A stretch of DNA of 64,000 nucleotides. It comes from Vicinamibacteria bacterium. GTDB lineage: Bacteria > Acidobacteriota > Vicinamibacteria > Marinacidobacterales > Marinacidobacteraceae. The position numbers were made by a program, and so were the translations under genes. This document shows, one piece after another, positions 50,105 to 58,659 of this stretch. The stretch covers positions 672,001-736,000 of the forward strand of contig OY821641.1 in NCBI GenBank assembly GCA_963555995.3, read 5' to 3'. How positions within the stretch are numbered: the first letter of the stretch is position 1; every line of letters starts with the position of its first letter. Below the pieces are notes generated by a model. It did not search any database, was not told the origin of the DNA, and worked only from the letters and a program-made list of their open reading frames with translations.

Positions 50105-50280
50105 GTACGGCTTGGAACGCCGGCTTCAGCCGGCACCCGCTACGCGAAGCGCAGCGCGCGGCACGACGCCGACCTGCCCGATGACGCTCGGTTCGCGGTC
50201 CGTCACCGCGAACAGCGGCACGTCGTCCGAGCGGGCCTTCGGCCCGCGGTGCCGGCTGAAGCCGGCGTTCCAAGCCGTTC
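50105..50280. repeat. REPIN variant
   Basis: ggcttggaacgccggcttcagccggcac ... gtgccggctgaagccggcgttccaagcc. Confidence 0.88.
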
Positions 50281-50373
50281 CACCACTTTCCTGACCGGCC
50301 GGGGCGCGTCCCCCACGGGTCCCGGAGAGGGTTCCGTCAGCCGGTTATGCGTAGTCCCGGTCGAGGCGCTGGA

Positions 50374-51111
50374 TCAGGGCCGCAACTGTCGTGGGTCGCC
50401 TTCCACTTCTCGGCGAGCAACCGAACCACCCCGCCGTCCGGCCGCGCCCGCTGACGCGAGGGCCTCCTGTCCGTTGGACTCGATTGACTCAAGGAGCAGG
50501 TACATGCCCGACGATGGATTGTCGTCCGGAAACCCGGTTCCGTCTCCGGCGTGCTTGGCCGTCAAGACGCGCGCGCGTTCTGCCGCGGCGCCGCGACGGG
50601 GCATGTACACCGAACCGTCCAATCCCTTACCCGCGCTCTCGTCGAGGTCGCGGCGCAGCCTCTCGGCAGCGGCGGTGTCGAGCCACGCGGTCTGGTCTTC
50701 GAAATGGAGCGTCAGCCATAGCTCGAAGCAGGGATTCGAAATGGCAAGACGGACGCCGCTCGCTTCCGCCCTGGCTCGGGCCTCGGGAAGCTTGGGGTGG
50801 TTCTGGGGCCATTCGACGTCGAACAGGCACCACACCTCGTCTATCTCACCGTCCTCTCGCGAATTGCGAGCTCGGGCTTCGGCCGCGGCCTGTACCAGGG
50901 TCAGCGGCACGCCGGTCACATTCCGCTCAACGCGGATGTCTACTGAGGCGGCGTCGCGGACGGTCGGTTCCTGTTTCAGGGCCTCGAGGTAGTCGGGCTC
51001 GGTCCTTGTGCCTTCACAGAACACCAGGAATGTCCGCCGTGGCGTGCGATCCCCGACCCGGCGACGGAGCGAGGGGACTCTGCGCGCCCGGCGTCCGGAC
51101 CGCTTAGCCAT
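50374..51111 (-). CDS. rloB: RloB-family (AbiLii-like) TOPRIM protein
   Basis: LVFCEG..TEPDY, VWCLFDVE, SNPCFELWLTLHF, NPSS. Confidence 0.88.
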   Translation of the reverse strand: MAKRSGRRARRVPSLRRRVGDRTPRRTFLVFCEGTRTEPDYLEALKQEPTVRDAASVDIRVERNVTGVPLTLVQAAAEARARNSREDGEIDEVWCLFDVEWPQNHPKLPEARARAEASGVRLAISNPCFELWLTLHFEDQTAWLDTAAAERLRRDLDESAGKGLDGSVYMPRRGAAAERARVLTAKHAGDGTGFPDDNPSSGMYLLLESIESNGQEALASAGAAGRRGGSVARREVEGDPRQLRP

Positions 51112-52381
51112 CAACAGGCTGAGCGACGAGCCCGAGGGCTCGGCGCACTGCGACCTGTTCCACTTCCGGAACCGCCCCGAACCGTCCTTGCAGATAAGCA
51201 CGCTCCAGGTTCAGCGACTTCCTCACGCGTTCACCCCCGAACTCGGCGAGGGCAACGAGGCGCGTGGTCGCGTTGGGCGCTTTCTCGGTGAGCCACACTT
51301 CGTCGCGGTTCAAGCCGTTCAGCAGGGACGTGTCGTGGGAAGTGAAGACGAGTTGAGCCCCGCGGGGATTGGTCTCGGGATCCTGGAAGATCTCGATCAA
51401 TCGCGCCGAAAGGCGGGGATGAAGGCTGGCGTCAATCTCGTCGAGCAGCAGGACAGAGCCGGATCGGAGCACCGCGAGCGCCGGAGCGATCAGATCGAAC
51501 CAGGTCCGGGTCCCGGCGGACTCATCCCGCAGATCGAAGGTGACCGGTTCCCCTTCTCCCTGATGAACGAAACCGATGCGGCGACGAGGTCCGAAGCGCC
51601 CCGACTCCTCTTCGATCATCACAAAATCGTCAATTCCCGGATCCGCGAAACGAAGCAGGTCCATGGCAACGTCAGTGTTCGTGACCTCCGGTTCGTTTTC
51701 CGGGGTGGCAAGGAGTGGTCGCGGATTGGAGCTTCCCTCGAACAGCAGGTGCCTCGTGGAGTCGAACGGGCCGAAGCGGCCGAGCCGGGGAAACTGTCTG
51801 TTCTGGAGCCCGAGGACGCGCATCCGCGCGAGTGTTCGTCCGACGCGTCCTATTTCGGTATCCGATACCCGCCGGCCAGCGGAAAGCGCCAGCGTCGTGG
51901 GGGTCAGCAAGTCCCGTATTCCCCGGGTTCCGTCGAGGCCCCGGCGGAACTTGATTTCGCTCTCCCGGCGCGTGAAGAGGTTTCGCCGCCATCCTTCCGG
52001 ATAGCTGTCCAGGCTCTCGAACAGGACCGCCGAGTCGTTTACCTCGAGCCGATACGTGTATCGGACCCCACGGGCCATCAGGTCCAGATCGAACTCCGTG
52101 GGAGAGACGGGTCCCCTGCCGAACCGATGAGCGTCGCGCGGGATGTAGTCCTCCCAGCTTCGAAGCGACGCGGAAACGGCCAGCGACAGCCACGCCATGG
52201 CCTCAAGGACGTTGGTCTTGCCCGACGCATTGGCCCCGTAGATTCCGGCGACCGTCAGCACGCGCTCCGACAGCCCCTCGAAGCCTCGCGTCGCCGCCCG
52301 ATCCCGGTCCACGGCGATCATGGACAGTTCCACCGGCTCCAGGATCGAGCGGTGGTTCGACACCCGGAATCGAAGCAGCAT
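51104..52381 (-). CDS. AAA_21 ATPase (RloA/AbiLi-like)
   Basis: MLLRFRVSNHRS, IYGANASGKTN, ESAGT, DEIDASLHP, QLVFTSHD, YLQGRFGAVP. Confidence 0.92.
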   Translation of the reverse strand: MLLRFRVSNHRSILEPVELSMIAVDRDRAATRGFEGLSERVLTVAGIYGANASGKTNVLEAMAWLSLAVSASLRSWEDYIPRDAHRFGRGPVSPTEFDLDLMARGVRYTYRLEVNDSAVLFESLDSYPEGWRRNLFTRRESEIKFRRGLDGTRGIRDLLTPTTLALSAGRRVSDTEIGRVGRTLARMRVLGLQNRQFPRLGRFGPFDSTRHLLFEGSSNPRPLLATPENEPEVTNTDVAMDLLRFADPGIDDFVMIEEESGRFGPRRRIGFVHQGEGEPVTFDLRDESAGTRTWFDLIAPALAVLRSGSVLLLDEIDASLHPRLSARLIEIFQDPETNPRGAQLVFTSHDTSLLNGLNRDEVWLTEKAPNATTRLVALAEFGGERVRKSLNLERAYLQGRFGAVPEVEQVAVRRALGLVAQPVDG

Positions 52382-52582
52382 GAACCCAGTTTAGCGCCGA
52401 ATCGGCATTTTCAATGCCTTTATCGAACAGATCCTGCAAATTCCGCCACAAGATCGCAACAATACTGCCGTCACATGCTTGTCTGAAGACCGGCGCTCCC
52501 AGTAGCAGACGGCCGGGCACCCTCGCCAGAGGGTGGTTCGTCCACCAGGTCCGCGTCGTCCCGGAGCGCGCGGACCTCGCGT

Positions 52583-52790
52583 ACCACCGCCAGCGCCCCG
52601 GTCGAGACCTGTTTTCGTACGATCGTCGCCCACGCACCGAACGGCCGGTCGGCATGGTCACGCCGTGCCCCCGGGCGGGTTTCACCCGCTCCCCCCACGG
52701 CGCATTCCCGCGACTTGCTCGTGTTCCGAGCCGACCGGCCCTGGCCGAACGCACGGCTCAGGACCGGCGCGATCGTCGGCCATGCCACCG
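52583..52790 (+). pseudogene. Duplicated upstream region and 5' remnant of phoD
   Basis: Aligns with 4444-4650; start ATG changed to ACG at 52697; encodes LVFRADRPWPNARLRTGAIVGH. Confidence 0.85.
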
Positions 52791-52851
52791 GGCGCTACGG
52801 CGACGCGCACGGACGACGGCGCCGGGTCTCGGGGACGGCGCGCGCGGCCGA

Positions 52852-53322
52852 TCAGTCGGCGAGCAGGGCCTCGACGTCCGCGTGGTTCTTGCCGAGGAAG
52901 GGGTTGATGAACCGGACGCCGAGAAGTACCTGGCCATCCTGAAAGTCCTCGGTGAGGATCGCTGAACAGCCGGCCCTCCGAGCCGTGGCCCAGAGCATCG
53001 CGTCCCAGAAGGAAATCCGGAAACGCTCCAGGACCCGCATCGCGTCCACGAGGTCGCCCACCGCGTTCGGAGTGACCCGGAACACCTCGAGCCAATCGCC
53101 GACGAAAGCACTCGCCTCCTCCGGCCGCAACAGACGCTTGCGCGTGGTTGCGAAAAAGAACTCGGTAAGCGACTGCAGGGCCAGCACACAGTCCGACGTG
53201 GCCGCCCGCGCCACCAGCGCGAGCGAGGTTTCATGCCGGTTCGCGTCCGCGTCCCGATCCGCGGCATAGACGAGGATGTTGGAATCGAGCGAAAAGCGGC
53301 CCTCGACACTCGCGGGGCTCAT
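52852..53322 (-). CDS. PIN-domain (VapC-like) toxin
   Basis: LDSNILVY, QSLTEF, ISFWDAML, TEDFQDG. Confidence 0.9.
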   Translation of the reverse strand: MSPASVEGRFSLDSNILVYAADRDADANRHETSLALVARAATSDCVLALQSLTEFFFATTRKRLLRPEEASAFVGDWLEVFRVTPNAVGDLVDAMRVLERFRISFWDAMLWATARRAGCSAILTEDFQDGQVLLGVRFINPFLGKNHADVEALLAD

Positions 53323-53609
53323 TCCGCCGCCGAAAACTCGTCGTGCCGGTCGTGGAGTGCGTCGCGATCCTCGATTCTCAGGCCCCCCAGCGGCGCCCCC
53401 TCGCGGAGCCGCGCCTTCATCCGCTCATAGGCCGCGATCCACTGCGGGTCCCGTGTCCGGGCCTCGTCGTTGGGCAGGATCCGGGCGACCGGACGACCGC
53501 GGCGGGTGATCACGAACCCCTCGCCGTTCTCCACCTCCCGAATGAGCCGGGAGAACTGCTGGTTCGCTTCCTTGAGGGAGATAGGGCGGAGCGCCACGGG
53601 AACAGCCAT
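53319..53609 (-). CDS. Phd/YefM-family antitoxin
   Basis: ISLKEANQQFSRLIREVENGEGFVITRRGRPVARI; ATGA overlap with the PIN gene. Confidence 0.9.
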   Translation of the reverse strand: MAVPVALRPISLKEANQQFSRLIREVENGEGFVITRRGRPVARILPNDEARTRDPQWIAAYERMKARLREGAPLGGLRIEDRDALHDRHDEFSAAE

Positions 53610-53733
53610 AGTCACTACTTTACTACTTCAGCGGTCGTGCAGTGATCCGGATCCCGCGCCGCGCCGTGGCGGTGCGTGTTTCGCTCCCCTGCGGGGAGCG
53701 ATGCCGGCCGGAGGCCGGCGCTCCGAGCCGTAC

Positions 53734-53770
53734 AAAGGAAGAACCCCGGGGCCGGTTGGCCCCGGGGTTC
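53734..53770 (-). terminator. Intrinsic terminator of lipoprotein C
   Basis: Same hairpin as 4396-4432, on the minus strand. Confidence 0.8.
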
Positions 53771-53806
53771 CTGTTCCGCGAAGGAGCGTCTAAGGAGAGG
53801 GACTCC

Positions 53807-55615
53807 TCAACTTACCTTGCAGGAGAGGTAGTCGCCCACGTTGTCGGTGTCGAAGGTCGGCGAAGTGGTCCTGTCATCCGCTTTCTTGCCCGCGCCCACG
53901 GCGGCGCCGCCGTCGGCGTCCCACTGGCAGGTCAGCGTGTAGTCCACCGTCTCGGAGCAGCCCATGCCGATGCCGTCCACGAAGGTGACCGAAGTCTCGA
54001 TCATCACGTCCTCGGCGTCACAGAGCGTGCTGTCGCTGTTGTTCGCACCGGCAGAGTCCTTGGTCCGCCCCGTGCCACCGTCGTCGGCGGTGCACTTGAT
54101 GTCAGCCCAGGCGGTTTGCGAGTTGTTGATCCCATTGTCGCCATCCGTGTCCGTGAGACCGAGATCGCCGTACAGCGGGTCGCCATCGTCGTCGAGGTAA
54201 GGGACCCAGTACATCGCGACGTTGTTATCCGTGTCGGTTGCCTTGGAAACCTGACTCACGGCAATTCCTCCGGTTGCGGCCGCGGTCGTGGTCCTTGCCG
54301 TGTAGAGGTCCACGGTGTTGGCGTGGGTCGCATCCTTGGAGGAGGTCGCCTTGGTCGCCTGCATGTACCAGAGGTGGGTGAAGTTCCGCGGGCCGACTTC
54401 GTTCGCCTTGAAGTTGAGGTTCCATCCGGCGATCACGTTGCTGGTTACCGTCGCCACTGCGGTCACCTTGCCCAGGTTCGCCACGTCGGCGGCGAACATG
54501 GCGCAGACATCCACCGCGGAGGTGTCGTAGGTCGTCGAGGAACAGTCCAGACCGTCGAACGCGTCCCAGTCGATCTCGCCCCACATCACCGAGGTGCCCT
54601 TGGGCGTCACCGTCAGGGTGTAGTTGCTGAGGTAGTCGTTGTTCTTGTCGTGCTTGACGCGGAAGCACTGAGCGCCACCGGGCTCCTGGACGGTGCCGGT
54701 CACGTCCGTATAGGTGTCGCAGGCATCGGCGACATCGTTGGTGTCGTCGGCGGTGTCGTCGTACTCCGATCCCAGGATTCCGTCGCCCACGTCCTGAACC
54801 CGCAGATCCGTCGCCGAGGAAGCCTTCTTGCCCTTGGTGTCCTTCCACATCGTGGTGGCGATGTCGTGGGTCGCGTTGAAGTCCTGGCTCGAGGTGTAGC
54901 TCCAGCCGAGGTCAATCCCACTCATCTCGTCCCGCTGAACGCCGCTCTCGTCGTCGAGATTAATGCTGTTGTTGTGCACCCGACCGACCTCGAGGTCGAA
55001 CATCGGGTCCCAGCCCTGGCACGCCGCCGAGTCGGCAATCGAGATCTCCGGCGCCATCGGACTCTCCGAGCACGCGAACGGGCCGCAGGACACGATGACT
55101 CCGGCGCCGATCGGAATGGGGACCTGGTTGGCGCCGATCTCTACCGGGATGACCGAGAACTGCGCGCCCGTGGCGCTGACCACGGCGCTCTGCATGGCCT
55201 TCCAGTCAACGTAGGCGAAAGGCATGTTGTCGCCCGGGACCAGGCCGATCGGGGCGGCACCATCGACGAAGAGCGGCGTCACGATGCCCGCCATGTTCAT
55301 CTCGACCACCATCTGCGGGTTGACGGACGCCATGGCGGTGTCCTCGTCGGTGCCGTCGTCCGGGATCATCGGAAACGGGGAGTCGGCATCCTCTGGAATC
55401 TCGAAATGAGCGTGGAGAGGGGTCGGCTCCGGCTCCGGCTCAGGCTCGGGTTCCGGCTCCGGCTCGGGCTCCGGCTCCGGAGCTGGCGGCGGTGGCGGCG
55501 GCGCCGGTGCGGGCGTGGTCGCCGTGTCGTCGTCGCCGCATCCCGAGAGCACGAGACCAGCGCCCAGGGTCACGGTAAGAAGGAGAAAATTTCCGCGCTC
55601 GAAATGACGTAGCAT
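53807..55615 (-). CDS. Acidic Cys-rich surface lipoprotein, paralog C
   Basis: Lipobox LSGC; (PE)n tether; homologous to paralog A over its full length. Confidence 0.88.
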   Translation of the reverse strand: MLRHFERGNFLLLTVTLGAGLVLSGCGDDDTATTPAPAPPPPPPAPEPEPEPEPEPEPEPEPEPTPLHAHFEIPEDADSPFPMIPDDGTDEDTAMASVNPQMVVEMNMAGIVTPLFVDGAAPIGLVPGDNMPFAYVDWKAMQSAVVSATGAQFSVIPVEIGANQVPIPIGAGVIVSCGPFACSESPMAPEISIADSAACQGWDPMFDLEVGRVHNNSINLDDESGVQRDEMSGIDLGWSYTSSQDFNATHDIATTMWKDTKGKKASSATDLRVQDVGDGILGSEYDDTADDTNDVADACDTYTDVTGTVQEPGGAQCFRVKHDKNNDYLSNYTLTVTPKGTSVMWGEIDWDAFDGLDCSSTTYDTSAVDVCAMFAADVANLGKVTAVATVTSNVIAGWNLNFKANEVGPRNFTHLWYMQATKATSSKDATHANTVDLYTARTTTAAATGGIAVSQVSKATDTDNNVAMYWVPYLDDDGDPLYGDLGLTDTDGDNGINNSQTAWADIKCTADDGGTGRTKDSAGANNSDSTLCDAEDVMIETSVTFVDGIGMGCSETVDYTLTCQWDADGGAAVGAGKKADDRTTSPTFDTDNVGDYLSCKVS

Positions 55616-55883
55616 GACAGGCCGGAGGGACGGAGTTTTCCGTCCGTAAGTTGTATGTTTGTCATTGATTTATCTCCTGGTCCCAAGAAGAGATCGCGTT
55701 CATTTCCTGTACTGTCGCCCAAGCTTGTTTTCGTGCGACAAATGATGTTTCTGTGCGGCGGTTTGACCGCGGCTCGGAGATATTGCCGTGAGATCGCGGC
55801 GAAGGCGGGTCTGGTTCCGGCGGTGTTGACTCTGTTGACCCGGACGCCGGCCGCCGCCGTCACCCACCCCGGTTCCCCGGAAC

Positions 55884-57185
55884 ATGCCCGCCGCCCGGCG
55901 TAAGCGCATCGCCCGGGTCAAGGTGACCCTGACCCGGCGGACGATTGACGGCCTGATGCCGCAGGCGCGGCCCTGGATCGCGTGGGATACCGAGGTCACC
56001 GGGTTCGGCGTCAAGGTCCAGCCCACCGGGACCCGGTCCTTCATCCTCAACTACCGCGCCCGGGGCGGGGGCCGCACCGCCCGCAACCGGCGGGTCGTCC
56101 TCGGCGGGGCCGAATGGATGGAGCCCGACCAGGCGCGGCGCCGGGCGCGGGAGCTGCTGGACCGGGTCGCGCGGGGCGAGGACCCGGCCGAGACGCGGGC
56201 GGCGGCGCCCCGGTTCCCGACGCTCACCGAGGCCTTCGCGGAGTACCTGGCGGCCAACCCGGACCGCAAGGAGAGCACCGCGCGGTTCTACCGCGGCCTG
56301 ATGCGCAACTGCTTCGCCGACTGGACGGAGCGGCCGCTCGGCGCCATCGCGCGCCGGGACGTCGAGGCGCGCTTCCTCCAGGTCTCGAAGCGGCGCGGCC
56401 GGACCGTCGCCAACCAGGCGATCTCGATGCTGCGCTCGGTGTACCGCCGACCCTGCGTGGACTTCGACGGCCTGCGCAACCCCGTCGAGCTGTGGCTGGC
56501 GGGGGGCGGGCGCTACCACCCGACCGTGCGGCGGCGCATCTCCGCGCCGTCCGAGGTGCTGCCGCGGTGGCGCCGGGGGATCGAAGCCGAGGTCATCGTG
56601 CCGGCGACGCGCGACATCTTCTGGTGCGGGCTCTACACCGGGCTGCGGCTCGGCGAGGTGTTCGGCCTGCGCTGGAACCGGGTGAGCCTGTCGCGGCGCC
56701 TGCTGCGGATTGACGAGACCAAGACCGGGAAGCCGCTGGTCCTGCCGGTCACCCGGCAGCTCGCCGACGTCTTCGAGCGGCGCCGGGCCGACGGCCCGGG
56801 GGAGGCCGCCGGGGACCCCGGCGGCGCCCGGCCGAACGGCTGGGTCTTTCCCTCGACGACCAGCGCCTCCGGCCACGCGGAGGAGCTGCAGCACCTGTAC
56901 CGGCGGATCTCCCGCGCGGCGGGGACCCGGTTCTGGTTCCACGGGCTCCGCAACGCCTTCATCACGGTGGCCGAGCGGGAACTCATGCTCCCGCGCTCGC
57001 TCACCAAGCGGCTGGTGAACCACACCCGCCACGCCGACGTGACCGAGGACTACGCCGCGGACTGGACCATCCGGCAGCTTCGCGAACCGGCGCAGCGCAT
57101 CGCGGACCGGATTGACGAGCTGATGTACGCCGAGGCCCCGGAGGACGCGGAGGAGATCCCCGAGGGGTGGTGGGAGGATCCGTGA
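55884..57185 (+). CDS. Tyrosine recombinase/integrase with arm-DNA-binding N-domain
   Basis: WDTEVTGFGVKV..GTRSF, TGLRLGE, TKTG, HGLRNAF, LVNH, TEDY. Confidence 0.92.
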   Translation: MPAARRKRIARVKVTLTRRTIDGLMPQARPWIAWDTEVTGFGVKVQPTGTRSFILNYRARGGGRTARNRRVVLGGAEWMEPDQARRRARELLDRVARGEDPAETRAAAPRFPTLTEAFAEYLAANPDRKESTARFYRGLMRNCFADWTERPLGAIARRDVEARFLQVSKRRGRTVANQAISMLRSVYRRPCVDFDGLRNPVELWLAGGGRYHPTVRRRISAPSEVLPRWRRGIEAEVIVPATRDIFWCGLYTGLRLGEVFGLRWNRVSLSRRLLRIDETKTGKPLVLPVTRQLADVFERRRADGPGEAAGDPGGARPNGWVFPSTTSASGHAEELQHLYRRISRAAGTRFWFHGLRNAFITVAERELMLPRSLTKRLVNHTRHADVTEDYAADWTIRQLREPAQRIADRIDELMYAEAPEDAEEIPEGWWEDP

Positions 57186-57345
57186 CGGAGGGGTGGCGGG
57201 TAGTGCGCCATGCAGCCCAGTAGCCCTCCAGCGTCGCGAGGGTCTCGATCCGGCTCTGGATGCTCGTCGCCAACCGGACGCTCACGCTCCGGAATCCCCC
57301 TTCCCGTGCCACAACTCCCCGATACCTCATGGGCCGTAGGCGCTC

Positions 57346-57374
57346 TTGACCGACACGGGAGCTTTGACTATATT
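57346..57374 (+). promoter_or_regulatory. Putative sigma70 promoter of the NYN gene
   Basis: TTGACC, 17-nt spacer, TATATT. Confidence 0.65.
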
Positions 57375-57380
57375 GCTGAC

Positions 57381-57441
57381 ACCGTCCCAGAAAAAACTGA
57401 ACGGGACGGGAAAACTCCGGGGCCCCCGAAAGGGGGCCCCA
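57381..57441 (+). ncRNA. Candidate structured leader RNA (two hairpins)
   Basis: ccgtccc...gggacgg stem enclosing cag-aaaaaa-ctg; ggggccccc-gaaa-gggggcccc GNRA hairpin. Confidence 0.4.
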
Positions 57442-57475
57442 AAACAATTCAACAAACCAACTGGAGGTATGTGTT

Positions 57476-58324
57476 ATGGATCGAGTGGCTGTTTTCGTGG
57501 ATGCGGGGTATTTCTTTGCACAGGGCTCCGTAGCCAAATTCGGACGCGCCGTGCCGCGCGCAGAGCTTCGACTCAGAGCGCCGGAGACGATTGAGGCCTT
57601 GAAGCAGTTCTCAGAACAATGTTCTGGGCTTCCGCTGCTTCGAATCTATTGGTACGACGGGGCTCGACGCGGGCAGCCGACTACCGAACAGGCCGCTCTC
57701 GGGATTCAGGACAACGTAAAGCTGCGTCTGGGAGTCGTGGGATTCGACGGTAGGCAGAAGGGCGTCGATTCCTTGATCGTGACGGACATGATTACCCTCG
57801 CACGCAACGGAGCCATGATGCACTGTGTGCTTCTGTCCGGCGATGAGGATCTCCGTGTGGGTGTACAGCAGGCTCAGGAATTTGGTGTCCGGGTAGATCT
57901 GCTTGGCATCGCTGACCGACAGACTGCGTCCGCCGCTCAGTCGGACCTGCTGCGCCGGGAGGCCGATTCGACGAACGCCTGGAGTGCACAGGACATCGAC
58001 GCACTTCTCGAACGCCCGGAGAGCCCCACTGACGACGGGGACCAGGATGGCGACGCCCTCGTGTCCATCGCGCAGCGTGTAGCGCAAGAGGTCCCTGGTA
58101 CAGAGGTCGAGAGGATCGTCCACCAGTACGCTGGAAGCCAGGCAAGTGGGCGGTCCGGATATCTCGATTCGCAATGGAACGCGGAACTCCTTCGCACGGC
58201 CGCCAGAGCACTGCAGCGGGCGCTAGACGATCCCGAGGAAACCAACAGGATCAGAGCGGCCTTTGTTGACGCACTGCGGAACCGCCTTACGGCCACTGCC
58301 AGCGCTGGAGACGATGCTTCCTGA
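57476..58324 (+). CDS. NYN-domain (LabA/DUF88 PIN-like) ribonuclease
   Basis: VFVDAGY, RIYWYDG, QKGVD, LSGDED; lower GC than the flanks. Confidence 0.9.
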   Translation: MDRVAVFVDAGYFFAQGSVAKFGRAVPRAELRLRAPETIEALKQFSEQCSGLPLLRIYWYDGARRGQPTTEQAALGIQDNVKLRLGVVGFDGRQKGVDSLIVTDMITLARNGAMMHCVLLSGDEDLRVGVQQAQEFGVRVDLLGIADRQTASAAQSDLLRREADSTNAWSAQDIDALLERPESPTDDGDQDGDALVSIAQRVAQEVPGTEVERIVHQYAGSQASGRSGYLDSQWNAELLRTAARALQRALDDPEETNRIRAAFVDALRNRLTATASAGDDAS

Positions 58325-58659
58325 ACACAGCGCTCCGACTGACGGGAGCCGACCGACGAACCGGATACCTCGCAGCGAAGACCTGCCGTGCCGCATGGGC
58401 TGCGCCTGCTCGATGAGCCTTCTGATTCGGGCGAACTGGCTGCTTCCCTCCGGTGCGCCTGGGGGCGGCTCGGAGCTGGCCTTCGACTAGGCGACGCTTG
58501 CGGGGGTCAAGATCTCCGCCAGGCGGAAATCTTTACCCGCTTCCGGGATGAGGTGGGGAAGCGCACGGCCTCGACGAGACGGTCGTTCTCGAAATTGCCG
58601 AGTATGCGTCATCTTGCGTTCAGCAAGGCGCCGGGTTGGATGCGATAGGGTGCGTCGCG

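Noticed and set aside
2515-55615. Diversity-generating retroelement behind lipoprotein or array variation
   Set aside because: No reverse transcriptase in the window, and the differences include indels and are not adenine-specific
57001-57330. Small RHH-like ORF (MRYRGVV...VSVRLATSIQSRIETLA) on the minus strand
   Set aside because: Weak resemblance only, and it overlaps the integrase 3' end by 185 nt
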